From Pocillopora damicornis (Eukaryota), in the NCBI RefSeq assembly GCF_003704095.1, contig NW_020846275.1, forward strand, positions 1-64,000: a DNA stretch of 64,000 nt, written 5' to 3'. The translations under genes were made by a program, and so were the position numbers. How positions within the stretch are numbered: the stretch's first letter is position 1; every line of letters begins with the position of its first letter. The notes under the pieces were generated by a model. The model was not told the DNA's origin. It saw only the letters and a list, made by a program, of their open reading frames with translations, and did no database searches. This document shows positions 12,660-35,600 of the stretch, piece after piece.

Positions 12660-15178
12660 CTTGGATTCTAGCTAGTTTCAGGCTCTTGCATACCACTCAT
12701 GCTTTCAATATTTTTGACTACTCGACCCAGTGCTTTGCGTCCCAACAAGAAAAGAAGCGGGAAATCACATGATTCACCCGAAGTAATCTATACAGTCAAC
12801 AAAGGTCAACAATGACGACATTGAGCAAAACCATTAGCTAAAGGGTAGAATCGGGAGATAAGATGACTGAAAATCAAAAGATCAGAAGGTCACTTCAGAA
12901 AGGGTCCTTCCCTTTAAGCCTAACCTACTGAAAACATAACCAGTGTACTATTCACTACTCTGTTCATGAAAAAAATGATTGATTGAGGCATTTTGACCTC
13001 ATGAAGCCACAAACAGAACTTTCTTTGTACTCATATCTCACTTGTGGATCATGTGCTACTATCAGCACCTCTAACACTAAGAGTTTGTTACATGGTAAAA
13101 TAGTACACCCTTTTTATGATTCAAAACCTTGATATACTCTGTTGGCAGCACATTTGTTTCTAAGCCAAGTGAAAGTGTCCTTCTTTGCCCTGGCATAGAG
13201 AAGGAAAGGAAAATTTCCATGGATTGAGCATCTCAATTTATTATTTTTTATTGCCATCCTCACCTCCTCCCACCACCCAAAAAAAAAACTTCATGCCAAT
13301 ATACCTCCTCCATGCTGGGAATTAGCCTCTCCACAAACTTTCCTTTTTCTCCTAAATCAATATGCACAAAGTGAGAAAAAAGAAAGCCACAATTTACACA
13401 GTGTTCATGGATCCAATATGGCGGGGTTAAGTGGCACAAAAGTGAAAAAAAGAAACAAAAACAACATAAACAACAAAGAAATAAGTACAAGAAAAAACTG
13501 AAAGGCTGAGAGCAAACCACCATGGATGGACTGCTTGCAAGTTGTGATCCCAAAACAGATATAATGTAAGAAAAATGGAATAATATCATCACATTGAAAG
13601 GGATAGGATTTCTGATATATGGTTCACTAAGGTTCATTGCAGACCAAAAAGGTATTGCTATATCATCTGCTAGCTACAGACAATTCATTGATATGTGTAG
13701 GTGACAAAAATACAGTCCAGTAATTGCATAACATTACATGTAGGTATTGCAACTGCAGAGAGCTTTATTATTAAAATAAACATAACAGGAGATACATCAT
13801 AATATTTATTAACAGTTATACACTACAATTCTGCCAATTTATACTGATACAAAGAGGATTTACAATACAAAACTTCAATAGTAAAAAAAGTGGGTGATGA
13901 TATTTTCAGTACAACAGACAAGCACCTAACTTCTCCTTACTACTGGTAATCACAAAAATGTGTATTCACAACTTGTTATATTATACTAGATACCAAGTGG
14001 CTTGTAAGTCCATTTTCTGAGGAGAATTCAGGTGTTGAATACAGTTTACATGAAAATTCTGAAAGTGTAAATTATGTACAAATGGAAAAGACTCAAGTCA
14101 CAAAAAAAATTCACTTCCAATAAAAGATGTAATTTCAAAAATCAATATTCAGAGCAGCATATTGACATTTGAGGCCATTTTCAAAAAAATTAACACGAAG
14201 GCAAACAGATAATGCACACTTTGACTGACTCCAGTACAAAAGATCTTTACTTTCTCCACCAAATCACTGGATTAAAAAGTGTGATCAAGGAGCCACCAAC
14301 CAAGGTAATTGTGTGAGGAAGGATCACAAGTAAAGTTGTCCTGTCTTGAGACAAAATTTTTTATACTTCCACAGGATGAGGGTGGAGGGGGAAGGAAGGC
14401 TGCTATCAAAACAAACTGGGGCTAGTCTCAAACCCTCATCACCACTGAGAGTATTTTGTTCTTGCTCTTGCCACATAACCTAAGTTGGCAGTTACATGAT
14501 CCAGCATGATGGAAAACCACTTTGCAGAAATTCAGTAGGTGAGGCTTTGTGCATAGTCCAGTAAACAATCAAATGGGTGCTAATTCATTATTTGTGCATA
14601 TGGCAACAAGCTTTGAAGACTGAGTCATAAATAGCCTCTGAAAGCCATTAATAACACTGGCAACCAAGCTTAAAATTTTGAAAAAATACAACCAAAAACA
14701 ACCGCGCATGTATTAGAAAAAAATTCTCCTGCAACTGACCAAGACATAGTAAACATGAGTTTACAATTCACAATTGCATATCTTTTAAACATCTCCTACA
14801 ATATTTACTTGATGCACACAATTAAAACTCTGGTACTGCCTCTGTATTAATGTCTACCTAATGCATTCTAAAAGACTTCGCTGCTGTGATTAATACCTTT
14901 TTAAATTTTTTTTTTTGGCCAAAGCTTTACGGTAATCACAGGTTGATGCTACCATAAATTATTTGAGGATACCCCATTCAAGTTTTGATGAAATAGAGAC
15001 ATTACCCATGACGTCAGATAACTGTACAAATGGTATAGTACATACAAAGTACTAACAATAACTTACAGATTAATGAGGAACATCTGTAGAGATAAGGATA
15101 GACAGTTTTAAGACAAAAGCAAGACTTTACTTCTAGCACAATACAGAAGGAGAGACAGAAACAAGAATCCACCAAACT

Positions 15179-19056
<3,878 letters not shown>

Positions 19057-21271
19057 TTTCTATAAACCCTATTATTCTGTTGAAGTCTCGAGGAAAATAT
19101 AAATTTTACTAATGCGTTAGAGATCGCAAACTTCCTGTTAATGGAGGCCAACAAGAAACGTGTGAGCTGTTTTCCTCTTCACCCATTGGCCGAAAGACAG
19201 TCACGTTCACAGAGAAGAACCGGCCTAGTTCCAGTTCCCTAATGGGTGTTGTTTCTCGAGAGGAGCACGAGATTTTCTGTCCACCGCCAGGTCCCCAACT
19301 GATGACTACTTTGCAGTATTGTGTAGGAAACACTCAAATTCTAATGTGCATTGTAAATGATCTGAGTAGCTTTTAGGACGTTTTTCCATAGATTCTCAGG
19401 TTAGAATAGCTGGCGGTATTAACTGCCACTAATGAGTCACTCAGCTCACCTGTACTTCAATTAGGAAGTCCGGCTAAAGGCTGAGCGTTTGGGGTGTGAT
19501 GAGACAATCGCGAGACTAGGTTTAGGAGATGTATGAAAGGAGGAGATTTGATGTCCACTTGTGGGCTTAATCTGCTGCTATGGAGAAGGGGAAAACAGCA
19601 GAATGGATGACTTATCAGCCATTAGACATCCGGGCAGCATTAGTTTGCATGGGGTCACCTAAGGATATGCGTTGGAAAGGGTGTTTAAGAAGAAGGTACA
19701 TATTGACGCATTCACGCGCGACTTGCTCTGGCTCAAATGTTTCTGATGTTAGGACCAAAGTAGAGGGAAGGATTGCATTTTTTCCCACTCCACCCTCAGT
19801 TTAAGAGCAGTATTCCCTGTTGAAATTACCACCCTCTCTCTTCTTTGGCAAGGCCTAAACCTAGTCTTCCCCAGAAAGAGGAATAACAATTACAACATGA
19901 AAATATTCCCCACCCCCCCCACTTTTTCTTGACCTCTGTTTCCTGATCAATAGTAGATCATAGGAAGAAGCAAGCAGTGAGAAAGAATAGCTATATTTAT
20001 ACTGTGTAATACAAAATGACCTTAAAATATTTCAAACCATAGTATAGCTTGATTTGTATTTCGTTTCAAATTACACTCACATCTTTAGCTCAAATGAAAG
20101 TACATCTCTGTAAAAGGCTATTCTAACCCAAAATTCAAATCTGATTGTAACATATTTTAATCCTCTCCCACCAACTATTCATTTCATTAGTAATTCAAAT
20201 TTGGGATTTAAATGATAACTTTCCCTATTCCCCTTGGTTTTTTCCCTTTTTTTTTGGCATATGAAAACACTTTAATGAGATGGATAGAAAGAGAAATTAC
20301 TTTAAATCACTTTTGGGACCGTAAGGGTTAGTTTAAACTTGGTTCTTAAAGAAAACGAAAAATTTCAAAGACTAATGAAATTAATTGCATTGAGGTTAAT
20401 TTAAGCTAGTCTCCCTTTTTAAAAATAATGTATCTATTAACATATATTGGTTAAGATATTTGTTTCCTTTGTTTAATACTATTAACATTTTGGAGAACTG
20501 AAGAGGATGTAAGAAACTAAAGCAAATCACATTCAAAAGTCAATCACTAAATTTTCTGTTTATTTACCACTTCCAAAAGGAACAAAGAGACAACAAATGT
20601 CAAAGTTTGAAGGTGTTGCAGAAGCCCTAATTAAAATCATTAGCTGTAACTTAAACTACGACCATAGGATAAGTGTTGAAGGTTTTTCCTGGAGGCGGTT
20701 TGCAATTAAATTACTAACACCTAAACAATGTCACTGCCAACTAAGACCAGGTGGAAACTGGAGTTTCAGTAGTAATACAAAACAATAATATACCAAGAAG
20801 TAATTTGACCTCACCAATACAGGTGTACAGAGAATACTTATAATTCCAACTCTTGGGAAAACAAAGCACAAATATAGAGTCAACTGTGGTTAATGTACCT
20901 GCTTAAAGTTGGGCAGAAAGTGCTCACAACAATTTGTATATACAATGAAACAAGTAACACACGCACAAAACGTACAAAAACACTTGCTGCACTTATTCAG
21001 AACAATGTAATTTATTAAAATCTGAATCTGCTACACAAAACATTAACTTGATTTAGAAATATACATATATACTTGCAAACTCCTGTTTATGGCATTCTCT
21101 ACATTTATTTCATCATATGACTGACAGTATATACCTTACACGACAAAGACAAATAGCTAGTAAATCATTCAACAATTCTAAAGAAAGTACTGTAGGACAT
21201 AACATATATTGCACATCACAACAATATGACTTTGCCACAGACAATGCAACAGCAGTGTCTCAATGAAGTCA

Positions 21272-25387
<4,116 letters not shown>

Positions 25388-25710
25388 TCCCCCGAATAAC
25401 TATTACGATGTAAAATAGAATGGGAACAGGCAAACGTCGTGTACTGCGATGAAGAATCGGGAAACTTCCTGTAAAATGGCGACGATAGCTGCGAAGGAAA
25501 AAATGTCGCAGTTTATTGGTTAGTGGCTGTCACATGATCAAATCTTCACCTGCGCAGGACCTTTAGTTCCGTAGTTCCATTCTCCTGTGGAGTGACGCAA
25601 CCAGAGAAGATTTCAACCTTTGGTGCACCCCGCCTATTAATTTAAAAGTATCATTCCTCATTACAAAACGGCACGGGAGGGCAATACGCGATATATATTT
25701 CCACCTGCAA

Positions 25711-25773
25711 GGGGAATGGGGGAGAGGGGTGGAATGGGAGGGGGGAGGGGTGGAATGGGGGGGAGGGGTGGGA
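25711..25773 (+). repeat. G-rich tandem repeat (about GGAGGGGTGGAATGGG x3), G-quadruplex-prone
   Basis: At least 8 runs of 3 or more G within ~63 bp, ~330 bp upstream of the UBE2D-B start codon. Confidence 0.7.
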
Positions 25774-27491
25774 CCATGAAATAAAGCGGCGGAGGATCGA
25801 ACTCGAGAAGCTTATGGTCCAGTGGTTTCTCCCACTATTTCCCTTTCCAAGTCTTCAAAGCGCACTCACAAACGCCATCTACGCCGACTAATATACACTT
25901 GCTTTTGTCTAGGGGAAAGAGTAGCATACAAACTCCGTAACATAACAAGCTCTCAGCTGAAGCAGCGATCACGGGTGAAGTAAAACTTTTTAAGAGTAGG
26001 AAATAAAAGAGTGTTTATTTTGGCTGGTATGAATGAAAATGAAGTTCCTATTTCTACATGTTGCCGAAGATGGGTCTATTGTCTCTCTTTTTGGTACCAC
26101 AACTTTAACTCGAACAGTGTAGAGTCAAAAAATGAATATCCGGTGAAGTAGGAACAATTAAAGAGTCGCGATTGCCGGAGTACCAGCAACATCATCAGCA
26201 ACAGCAACATTTTAGCATGAAGCAAAACACACCGGAAGTTTATAACAAGGGAGATTATTTCGTCAATATTTTTTTCCACACTTGATTTATTCGCTTGCCT
26301 GGGGCATACATGGAGGGAGTAGGGAGTTAATAGGAAAGCAAAGCGCAGAAAGAGTGCGGGCCGCGATCGTCAACGTAAAAGAGCCAGAATATCGATGAAA
26401 TGACGCGAAGTAACTAGAAGTAACTGTTTAGTGTTTCTTGTCACCACCCAACGAGGTGGAAACGTGTCTGTGATAATTAAACGTTGAGTGACCTTGGAGA
26501 GATATGGATACCAATAAAATGCGTTAGCGTTAAAAATTCAAAAGAGAAGATATGCATCACTAAGAACGAATGCTTAGACACTTGATTTCATTCTAAAATC
26601 AAGAACGGTACCCAGTTGTGACAATTAATCACCATGTTAATTGAAACCTCTTGCACTCATCCTAAGGATAGTGCTTCCAGGCGCCTCGCGTCACGTTGCT
26701 TGTGCAAGCGGGACTCTGAGTCACGCCCGATTTGTGAGTTTGGCTGTTAGTGGTCAGGTGTTAGATATGCATAAATCAGACCTCCGGGATGAGGAAGTTG
26801 GCTTTGCCTTTCTTGGTAAGTTTTCATTGAGCTCTCTACTTCAGCCTTTTTTGCCGTCAGCCAACTGGCTGATACCCGATGGTGCGCATCGCGTGGCTGG
26901 CGCGAGACCACGCTCATTGAGTTTTAGCTCTTTTTCCAGATAACGCTTCCGTGCGGAAGACAAGGATTTTACCTTTTTTAGTAATAGTGCTTTCAGTCTT
27001 ATGCACAAGGTCAGGGTATTGGTAAAACCACTCAGAAAAATAAACCGCGACGTAAACCTTCAAAACACGCCCATAAAACTCTTCCTACACTAGAGAGGTA
27101 TATTCTATTTCTTGCAAACAGTTTTGTTTCAGTGGAACGTGACCGTATAATGTTCGAGAACTGTACATGTGTTACAATCAGTTCAAGTTCTAGGGTCGAG
27201 AGGCGATTATTTCGCACAGACCCTCTCATTCGCTTATGTCATTCATTTTCTCCAGCTGTTGGGTTGCCAGATAAACATACCGCCATCATATCATTTCATC
27301 GAGACACGTTAACCAATTACGTGCCCGAGGATGGAGAACGGCGGATGTGACGTCATCCATCGGCCTTGGACACTATTTAAATACAGATTTGACGCACCGA
27401 CGGCTAAGTTATAAAACGAATGTGCGACAATTTGCCAAACCCTTCGTTAAGACTGGTTGTGTGGTGTTCGAAGTGCGGAGCTTAAGTCGCG

Positions 27492-30400
27492 ATGAAAAGT
27501 GGGAGGGTGATCAGCCTGTTCGTGGTTTGGTTACTGCTCTGTTTAGCTGTTTGGATTGAAGCAAGATACTCGAAGACGGTAATTATTAATCCATCCCATC
27601 TTGTAATAAACATATCTCAGTTCACCAAAATGCGTGCATTCGGAATAAATTCTTCTCTCCTTTATTCAAACTTTGATACGGCAAATTTATAGCATGTCGA
27701 TCTATTCCTGTTTTTCCAGGTAAAAGAAAGTCATCGCAGCGCAGAAGAAAAGCAAGGTAAGTCGATCAAAGCGAGTAAATCACAAAATTCTTACCAACAA
27801 GTGATCGGATTCACGTTGGTCTGAAGACTGCAGTCTACATTGAATCCGATTAGTGCTTATATCCTATTAAAAATATATCCCCGCATTTGCGAGGAACACA
27901 AAAAATAAAGAGATCTTGCTGCCCAGCTTGTCAGCAACCCGTGCGCAGAAGATTCCGCCAATTTACCTTTGTCGTTTGTCTCACGCACTGAGAAAACCTC
28001 ACCCTAAGGTGAGGAGTTGTATGGGTGGCTTTGGTCGAAAGAGTTATCATTTAGACATCTGGCCGGCTAGCATGACAAGATCCTTTTTCTTTTCTTTCTA
28101 GCACAATCCCGCACATGCAAAAAATCTCCAATCCTTGCCTCACCAGACACAAAGGGGAACTGTTTATTGGTGGATTTCCTTACGCTACATGCACTTACGC
28201 TAAGTGGTTAAACATTAAGTTTTATCGGCAGATAGTACGACTTCAGTGCAATGATAAACAAAGGAATCAATACATTCTGTCGGTCATTTTCTAAAAGTTT
28301 TGAAGCTTAAGGTCAACCGAATGTCATAGGGGACTATTTTGTGTCTTTTTTCACGTGCAAACGAAGATAGTCGCCAAGTGTAAAGAACCATTTGGTTTCT
28401 TCACCACGCAATACTAGCTTTGAGTAGCGCGCGCTATGTTTAAATAGTCCTGCTTCCTTGGATTTTTTTATTTTATATCGAGTACTCTGTGGGCTGTCCG
28501 TGGCGGCACGTTACCGACAGAGGTTATATAATTAACTGAGGTCCTCTTGAAACACGCGTTGAAAGCTAAATACCGGAAAATTTTTCAACACGCAAATTGA
28601 GTGACGGGATAAACTTGAAAGCTAGTGATCCCAGTGCACTATTTTTACTCCAGTAAAGGGAAGAACAAAGCTAGAGGGTTTTTCTTTGACTAAACGATTT
28701 TTTATTCGGTCAAAAGAACTCGGTTTTAAAAAAAAACATTCAAGCCTATTTGGGGGTTCTTGGCTTTACTCCATGTGTATTTAAGTTTCTTTCGAATAAC
28801 ACCCACTGCAAGTGACCTTTAAATTGTACATTGTAATTTAACCCTTTCGGTAGTAGTTACGGTTTCTTGAAAACAATGAAATGACGCAAGTTACTGCTTG
28901 GAAATGGAAGTTCATATCGGCGCAGTGTAGTATTCAGGTCCTAAAACGCAATGCGTTATTTGATGATTGAATCACGTCATAGGAAGTTCCCAAACATGTG
29001 TACGTTATTTGATTAAATCATGTAATAGGAAGTTCCCAAAAAGATGTGCGTTATATGATTTAATCATTACATATATTTTGCAAGCTTTTTCTCTCTAGTA
29101 ATACAAGTTGCAAAAAACTGATTGCGACCTGCATACTGGCAACAGAAATGCCTTACGTCTTGCAACTGAATAAGACAAAACTAAAACGGACGCGGTCCCA
29201 ACTACTTATGCACAAGAATGCTAAACGTCTTCCTCAGAAAGCCGGCTTACGATGATTCAAACAAGTAGTGTAGTTGATGATCTCGCATATGAACTGGTTG
29301 AAGACGAATCCGCAACATAAAAAATTTGAAACTCATAGCGTAGATTAACAAACGGTCGTTTTATTCGAATCAGTTATGTTGCGTGTCAATTCTAATTCGT
29401 GTTTTCTCACACTCGAGTGTTTCCCCAAATAATTAGGTACCTTAAGCAAACCACAACGGCGACGGCAAAGCAAAGAGGTCAATTTAATGAGTAAAACAAT
29501 AGCTCCACACGTGCGTTTTTAAGACTTGTCACGTCTCTTAGCCTTCCTCTGCCAAACAAAAACGTCAAATCACCAAAATTCGCGTGGTCCGAGAGCTGAA
29601 ACTCCGAAGGCCAATCATTGCAGTTTCATTCAGTTTGGAACTAAAAGCTGCTCGCATACGTCAAGCTAAAGTTCATGTAAGGTGCTGTAAGAGACGGTAA
29701 AAGCATCCGGTCATTCTTAAAATTATATGTAGAGATGTGGACTAATTTATTAATCGACGTGTTCCTTGACGTCGCCGCTACGTACCCTTTTTTTTTTTTT
29801 TTTTTTTTAAGGGCATAGCGCGGTTTTCAGTTATTTTCTTTCAAAAGCAGAAATTTCAAAACGATTGACACCAGAATTTGTCAGAAGTAAAAGCTTACCA
29901 AATGCGAAAGTAAAAAACAATTACAGAATATCGTCATTTCCAGTCCCCGTGAATTCCACTAACCACAATTCTTTTGAGTCTGTGGTTAGCTGTTAGTGTT
30001 TAAATTAAAACGTTTACGCACATTAAGTTTGCTTTAACGAAATTCCTCCTTAGAGCATGTTATGCCAAACCACTCATACCAGAGCATCAAGATATTCAAA
30101 AGATATGGAAGTGCCATTGTTTCTAGTGAGAAGAGGCGGCAGCACAATCTTAGAATGTAGTAGTGCTCTTATCTTCGCGAAGTTGCGTAATTTGTTTTGG
30201 TATGGGGTATACAACAGATTCAGTGTTATAAATGGATGAATTAGAGGGTTAAAATGAAGACCATAGATCATAACTTTTATGCTTTCATGCTCCATTTCTA
30301 CCAGTATCGGAGCTGGCGTTCAGTCCTCTGATTTGCTTATTGGTATTGAAAGATGAGAATGACTTAACTGCTGCAGCAAATCTTATAAAAGTCTGACGTT

Positions 30401-33400
30401 ACAAGTGCACGGTGCATTTCATCAGAGGAAAGGGCGAATCAGACAAATTTTCTGCGGTATACTTAATATATAATGTTCAAACCAGCGCTAATGTTTAAAC
30501 CAGCGTGCACAATCCATATATTTCACCTGGCACTATCTACAATGACAGGTTAAACATGATGTTCGGACATGTTTCAGAAGATTATTGTCGCTTATGTCTA
30601 TCTTTTGTCAATGAGAGGCAGGATCATGTGTAATGTCCTCCTAGTTGATTCATTTTTAAATGCATCATCATTTCCGAATAATTTATTGGATTATATGTAT
30701 GAATTATTTCCTGAACAAGCTTTACCAAACGGAAGTAAGTGGAGTGGACAAACAACTGCTGTTTCAAAGATGGATAATTAGAGTTTAGACGGCCAAATAA
30801 CTGGAGTTCATAATCGAAGGTTCATGAAGACCACGCCTTAAAGTGCTGGCTACAGTGCCATAATGACCTGCCATTACAAGTTTTTCTCTGATTTCCAATT
30901 TCCGCATTAGACAAAAGAGGTCATCAAAACGCCAGTAAATATTTCACTCACAGCCAAAATATCTTTTTTGAAAAAATATTTCTGGCATGCTTTTGTCTCA
31001 TACTGCACAATCCTTTGCCGACGCTCATTCACGCCTCTCCGTCCCATCATCCTCACGTCTACTCCTTTGTGACCATGCATAAGAAAAACTTACTTTAGCG
31101 TTTTTCCGTTAAACGGGTAAAAGCTAACGAATGGTTAACGGACGGATGATAGCATGTAAACTGTTCTGGCGAACTTGCAGGAGCTCAATGAAATGAGCGG
31201 TTTGATCATTGCCAAGACTGTCTCTGAAATTCCAAGAGCAATCTTTTTAGTGGAGATCGTTATTTATCATCAGATGCAAACTCTCCTTTGCTGTGTAGCC
31301 GCCGAAAACTTCTCAAAACCAGTTCCACCTGAACGAAAATGTAAACTTGTACTGATCTGAGGACAATATCATAACCATATAAACCGGATTGTACTCATGA
31401 TTGATACCTACGGATAAAATGAGCCTCTTTGAGCCTTTTGAAAGATCTCCGCAAAGTCGTTGAATTTATAAAGCATATCTAGCCATGGCCATCGATGGCT
31501 TTTTTGATTTGAAGGAGTTTTAAACATCACAAAGTTGATCTTAACGCGCGAAGTCTTGAACAAATACCTCCAATATCGCTAAACCTTTCTGATGTGCTTA
31601 GCAGATTGCTTCAGGAAATTGGACCCCTCCATCTAGAGATAGCTTTTCCATCTGTCTTTTATACAAGAGAAAAGGCCTTACGTATTGTCAGAAAACGTGA
31701 GAAAGACTTTTCAATAAGTTGGCTCTTGTGTGTCATTGATTAATTCGTTGACTGATCTGCTGAATCATTTTTAATAGATTTCTTGATCAAAACATTGGGA
31801 GAGTTTGACATCACTTACCCAACTGAGTTAGATCACCGTGATGAGGTGATCGATCATGTGACAACCCTTTCCAGCCATCGACGTCGCCGGAGGAGCCTGA
31901 CAGAAGAAGCTGGGCCCATCATCTATCAGGTATCATTAGACCCTTTCCAACAGTTGCTCCACCTTAAGTAGGAATTGTCAGAATACTCATGTGACTCGCA
32001 CGTTGTAACTTTCAAAACTTCAAGCATAACTTATTATATTGGGATAAACGTGCAAATCTGCCTTGAGCATGAAGGAAGGCGTGGTACAGTAGTTTGGTAA
32101 GGTAGAGGTATGTTATGATGAGAAGAAAAAGCTTAAAAGGAACGAGGATGGGAATGAATGGAGAGGACTGAAATTAAAACGGATTAAATACTTATAAACC
32201 CAAGAATAAAAAACTGTGACATGACGTTAGTAAGGGTTTTGTTTGTTAAAGGCTACTTACATACTTGCACTCAGAATGAACCTATGCTTGAAAGTGTTAG
32301 AGGCTTACCAGAGAAGGCGTACGGCTTGGTTTTCAACCTGGATTCGTTGATTTGTCTACCCGTCTATCTATTGATCATTTAGATTTTGTTTTCTTTTTTT
32401 TTTTGTTTCTGTAGGTCCAGTTTAAAGGAAAGACTATTAAATTAAACCTACGAATAAACACGTTGCTTTTCGGATCAGATTTCACTACCGAGCGATATAA
32501 AGAAGACGGCACTATTGAAAGAACCAAATCCTCAGACCTTCACTGCTATCTTGTCGGCGAAACAGAATCATTTTACAGTAGCGTGGCTATAAGTGATTGT
32601 GATGGACTGGTACGTATTCTACTCTCAAGGATCTACGCTTGATCCGATAATTACAACTCGTTCGCTCTTACTGTAATGATTCGATTTAGCACCCGGAGCG
32701 CTTATTTACTTAGGGTACTTCAAGAGAGGGCGCTTATCAGGGAAAGGTGCATTCTCTCTTTTGAAATAGCACAGTGTGTGAAACAAAGTTCTGATGTTTT
32801 TTCAAAATGGAACATTAGTAGGTAATGTATAAGTAATGAGGTAGCCATCCTAGGGAGGAAGGGAGTGTGATAAGCCTTGCTTATCTGAAAGGGCATATCA
32901 TTACTATTTAAAAAAAAAAAAGAAATGTTAGCTTGGAGTACTCAAGGTGACACAATCCAAATTATGAAATAAAGAAGAATAAAAAAACTGTTGGTCAGAA
33001 AAAAAACGTTATTTCCAATCTTTTTGCCGTGAAAAAATGAAGCTTTGTTTCTGCTTTTTACCAGCCGTTGATTTACTGGCCGACGATGTTAAGGAGTTAT
33101 TTTGACGGGTGGAACGCGCTTTAGTGGCCGTTTTCGTTCTAGAAATATTAACATGACAGTAAGATTGGGACAGTATGAGCTTCCTTTGGGAATTAGGAAC
33201 TGTAAGGCCGTGGCTAAGGGGGACCGCTTTTGGATGTTTGACTTTACTCTTTTTAAAAGCTTCATCGACTAGAACTTCTTGTAATAAGAATCACTTCATG
33301 AATCGTCAGTAAATAGCTTTAGAGATTATAACCCTCTAGTTAAAAAAAGGAAAATTTCTCTCTCTTTTCCAGGCAGGAATCATAGATCTCGGAAATGACA

Positions 33401-35551
33401 CAATTTATATCGAGCCTGTGCTTAACAAAAGTCTGGTGACGCATCGAGGCTGGATCAGACCAGGAAGACCTCATCTGATGTATAGAAAAGCTGTCTTAGA
33501 AGAAGAAGATCCACATAACTTGGAGTTTGACGAGTTTCAAACGGAGGACTACCCTACAGGACTGAAAGGTTTGTCGACAGATAAATGCCCCATTCTATAT
33601 TTTTGAATAATAAATAAATTAATTCCTCTTGACAAATAAGCTGTAAACACTAGTCTTATTTTTTTGACTAGCATATAAAAGAATAATAGAACTATTGCAT
33701 CGAACCTATACAAAGAGTTCTTTGCAGAAGCTTTTTGATTGAACTTTGTGAAACGAAAATCATACTTTTGAGAACTAGAAATCACAACAAAGCAAAATAT
33801 TTCAAGGAACCATTGAGAATTCAAAGCAAAAACATTCAATTGTTTGAAGCTCGGTAAAGAGGTATAGATCAAGTCGTCATTGGTGTGATTTAACGTGAGT
33901 TTTCCAGACCGATCACGGCGCGTACTGAGGAAGAAAATTAGAAATTGCTCTCTGGATTCTTAAACAGATATAGCCTTTGAAGCAGATAATCAGATAATCG
34001 GACAAATGTTATGTCAGTGCAGGGGCGTTAGCGCGAGTATTTAAAAAAAGTCTCAGGTGAGGAGTGGCGCGCTATAGTGCGTCTCTACAACTCGCATTCC
34101 ACATACTGGGTTATCTGAGCGCCTCAGCAGCAAAATATCTATCAAAAGTTACTCCATTTAGGACCGATAGGTTAAACACGACAGTTTCTTCGTGGTCCAC
34201 GTCCCCAAAATCTTTATGTAACCATTTCTTGAAATAAGAGCAGCTGTTGTTTTGGTCAGAACTATTCTTGCTAATCGTTTTTGGCGCCCAGACGACGTGT
34301 ATTTAACATTCCAACGTAAAAAAGGGGAGTGATAAAAATAAATAAAGATAAAAAACAAACAAACGAATGGCGATTATCCCAGATTACGACTTTTCAAAGA
34401 AGGAAAAAAATTTTTTTTTTCATCACATTTCAAAAGGAGACTATTGAGGCGATGATAATTCTCTTAATTGAATAATCGACTTCGTTGAGTTGTGGAGTGC
34501 CCCAGTTGTTAAAAAATTTACACTTTCTCCTAAAGCAAAGCAGGCTGGATGATACGCATGACAGAATCATGACAGAATCATTTCCGTAAACTAGCGCAGA
34601 TATTCCGGTGTGCTGAAGTTGATGCAGTCTAAAGTATGCTGGCCCGTTAATAGACCAGAAAAGATAGAACAGAACTTTTTAGAAAGGACAACATATGTTG
34701 ATTGTTTTTTCTTTATTTGATCTACACATGTAAAGCTATTTAACCAAAGTCAAATTGTCCGTATTATGGTCGGCGGATAATTCGAGATAATTCGTTTGAG
34801 TCAATCACCCGACGACAAAAAGTTGAACTTTTGCTTTCAGTCATAGCTTGCATTATAAACACGGGTTTTAGACGGCAAGTGAAGTATAATCCGCTTCCAA
34901 TTCGATTTGTCGAGGAACTTTAGTTTGTCGTCAATTCACAGGGTGTTACCGTCTTGCCGACAGATCCGGATAAACTCCTCATCAGACTGATGACTAGCCA
35001 TTAATTATCTAAATCTTAACATATCACACAAGCATTATTTCCGATGTTTCCGATAAGAAGGCGGAAATGTTGATGCGGTGCGTTTATCACAAAGCTTTCA
35101 AATAGAAATGATCGGCACTCTCTTTACCGTCGCTATGTTCATCATAGAACGAGCCATTAGTATAGGAATTATAATCCTCTTAAAGGAGGAATAAGCTCCG
35201 AAGTCTGGGTAATTTTTTCATAGTTAAATCAAATAAATTCTATTTTGACCCACCGATGACATCCAAATAAAGAAAGAATCGTTGTAGGCAAACTGCAATT
35301 GCAGTAATGGTAGAAAATTAAAGAAGCATTCGGAAAAGAAACCCAGGCGGCGATGGGATGCTAACCTGCGCCTGCGCCGACACTACTTGGTTCTTCATCT
35401 TCACTATTAAAAATATGTACAGAAATTTACTTGTTTCTGTGTTCTGAAATGCTCGAGGGTTATTGTATTCAAATGCGCAAAATTCGACTCTGGACGCCAC
35501 CAGTTTGAAAACAATTCAATTAGATAAACGGAGAGTGAATGTTCCCGACGC

Positions 35552-35600
<49 letters not shown>

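Noticed and set aside
26641-26943. GC-richer 100-aa ORF or possible ncRNA upstream of ADAMTS
   Set aside because: Non-ATG start, no recognisable protein or RNA family; more likely regulatory sequence.
33908-33921. Possible micro-exon encoding (D)RSRR, a furin-like site, after tttccag
   Set aside because: Its only donor (gtactg) is weak and phase 0 while the next exon needs phase 1, and read-through hits TAA. Unsupported without cDNA.
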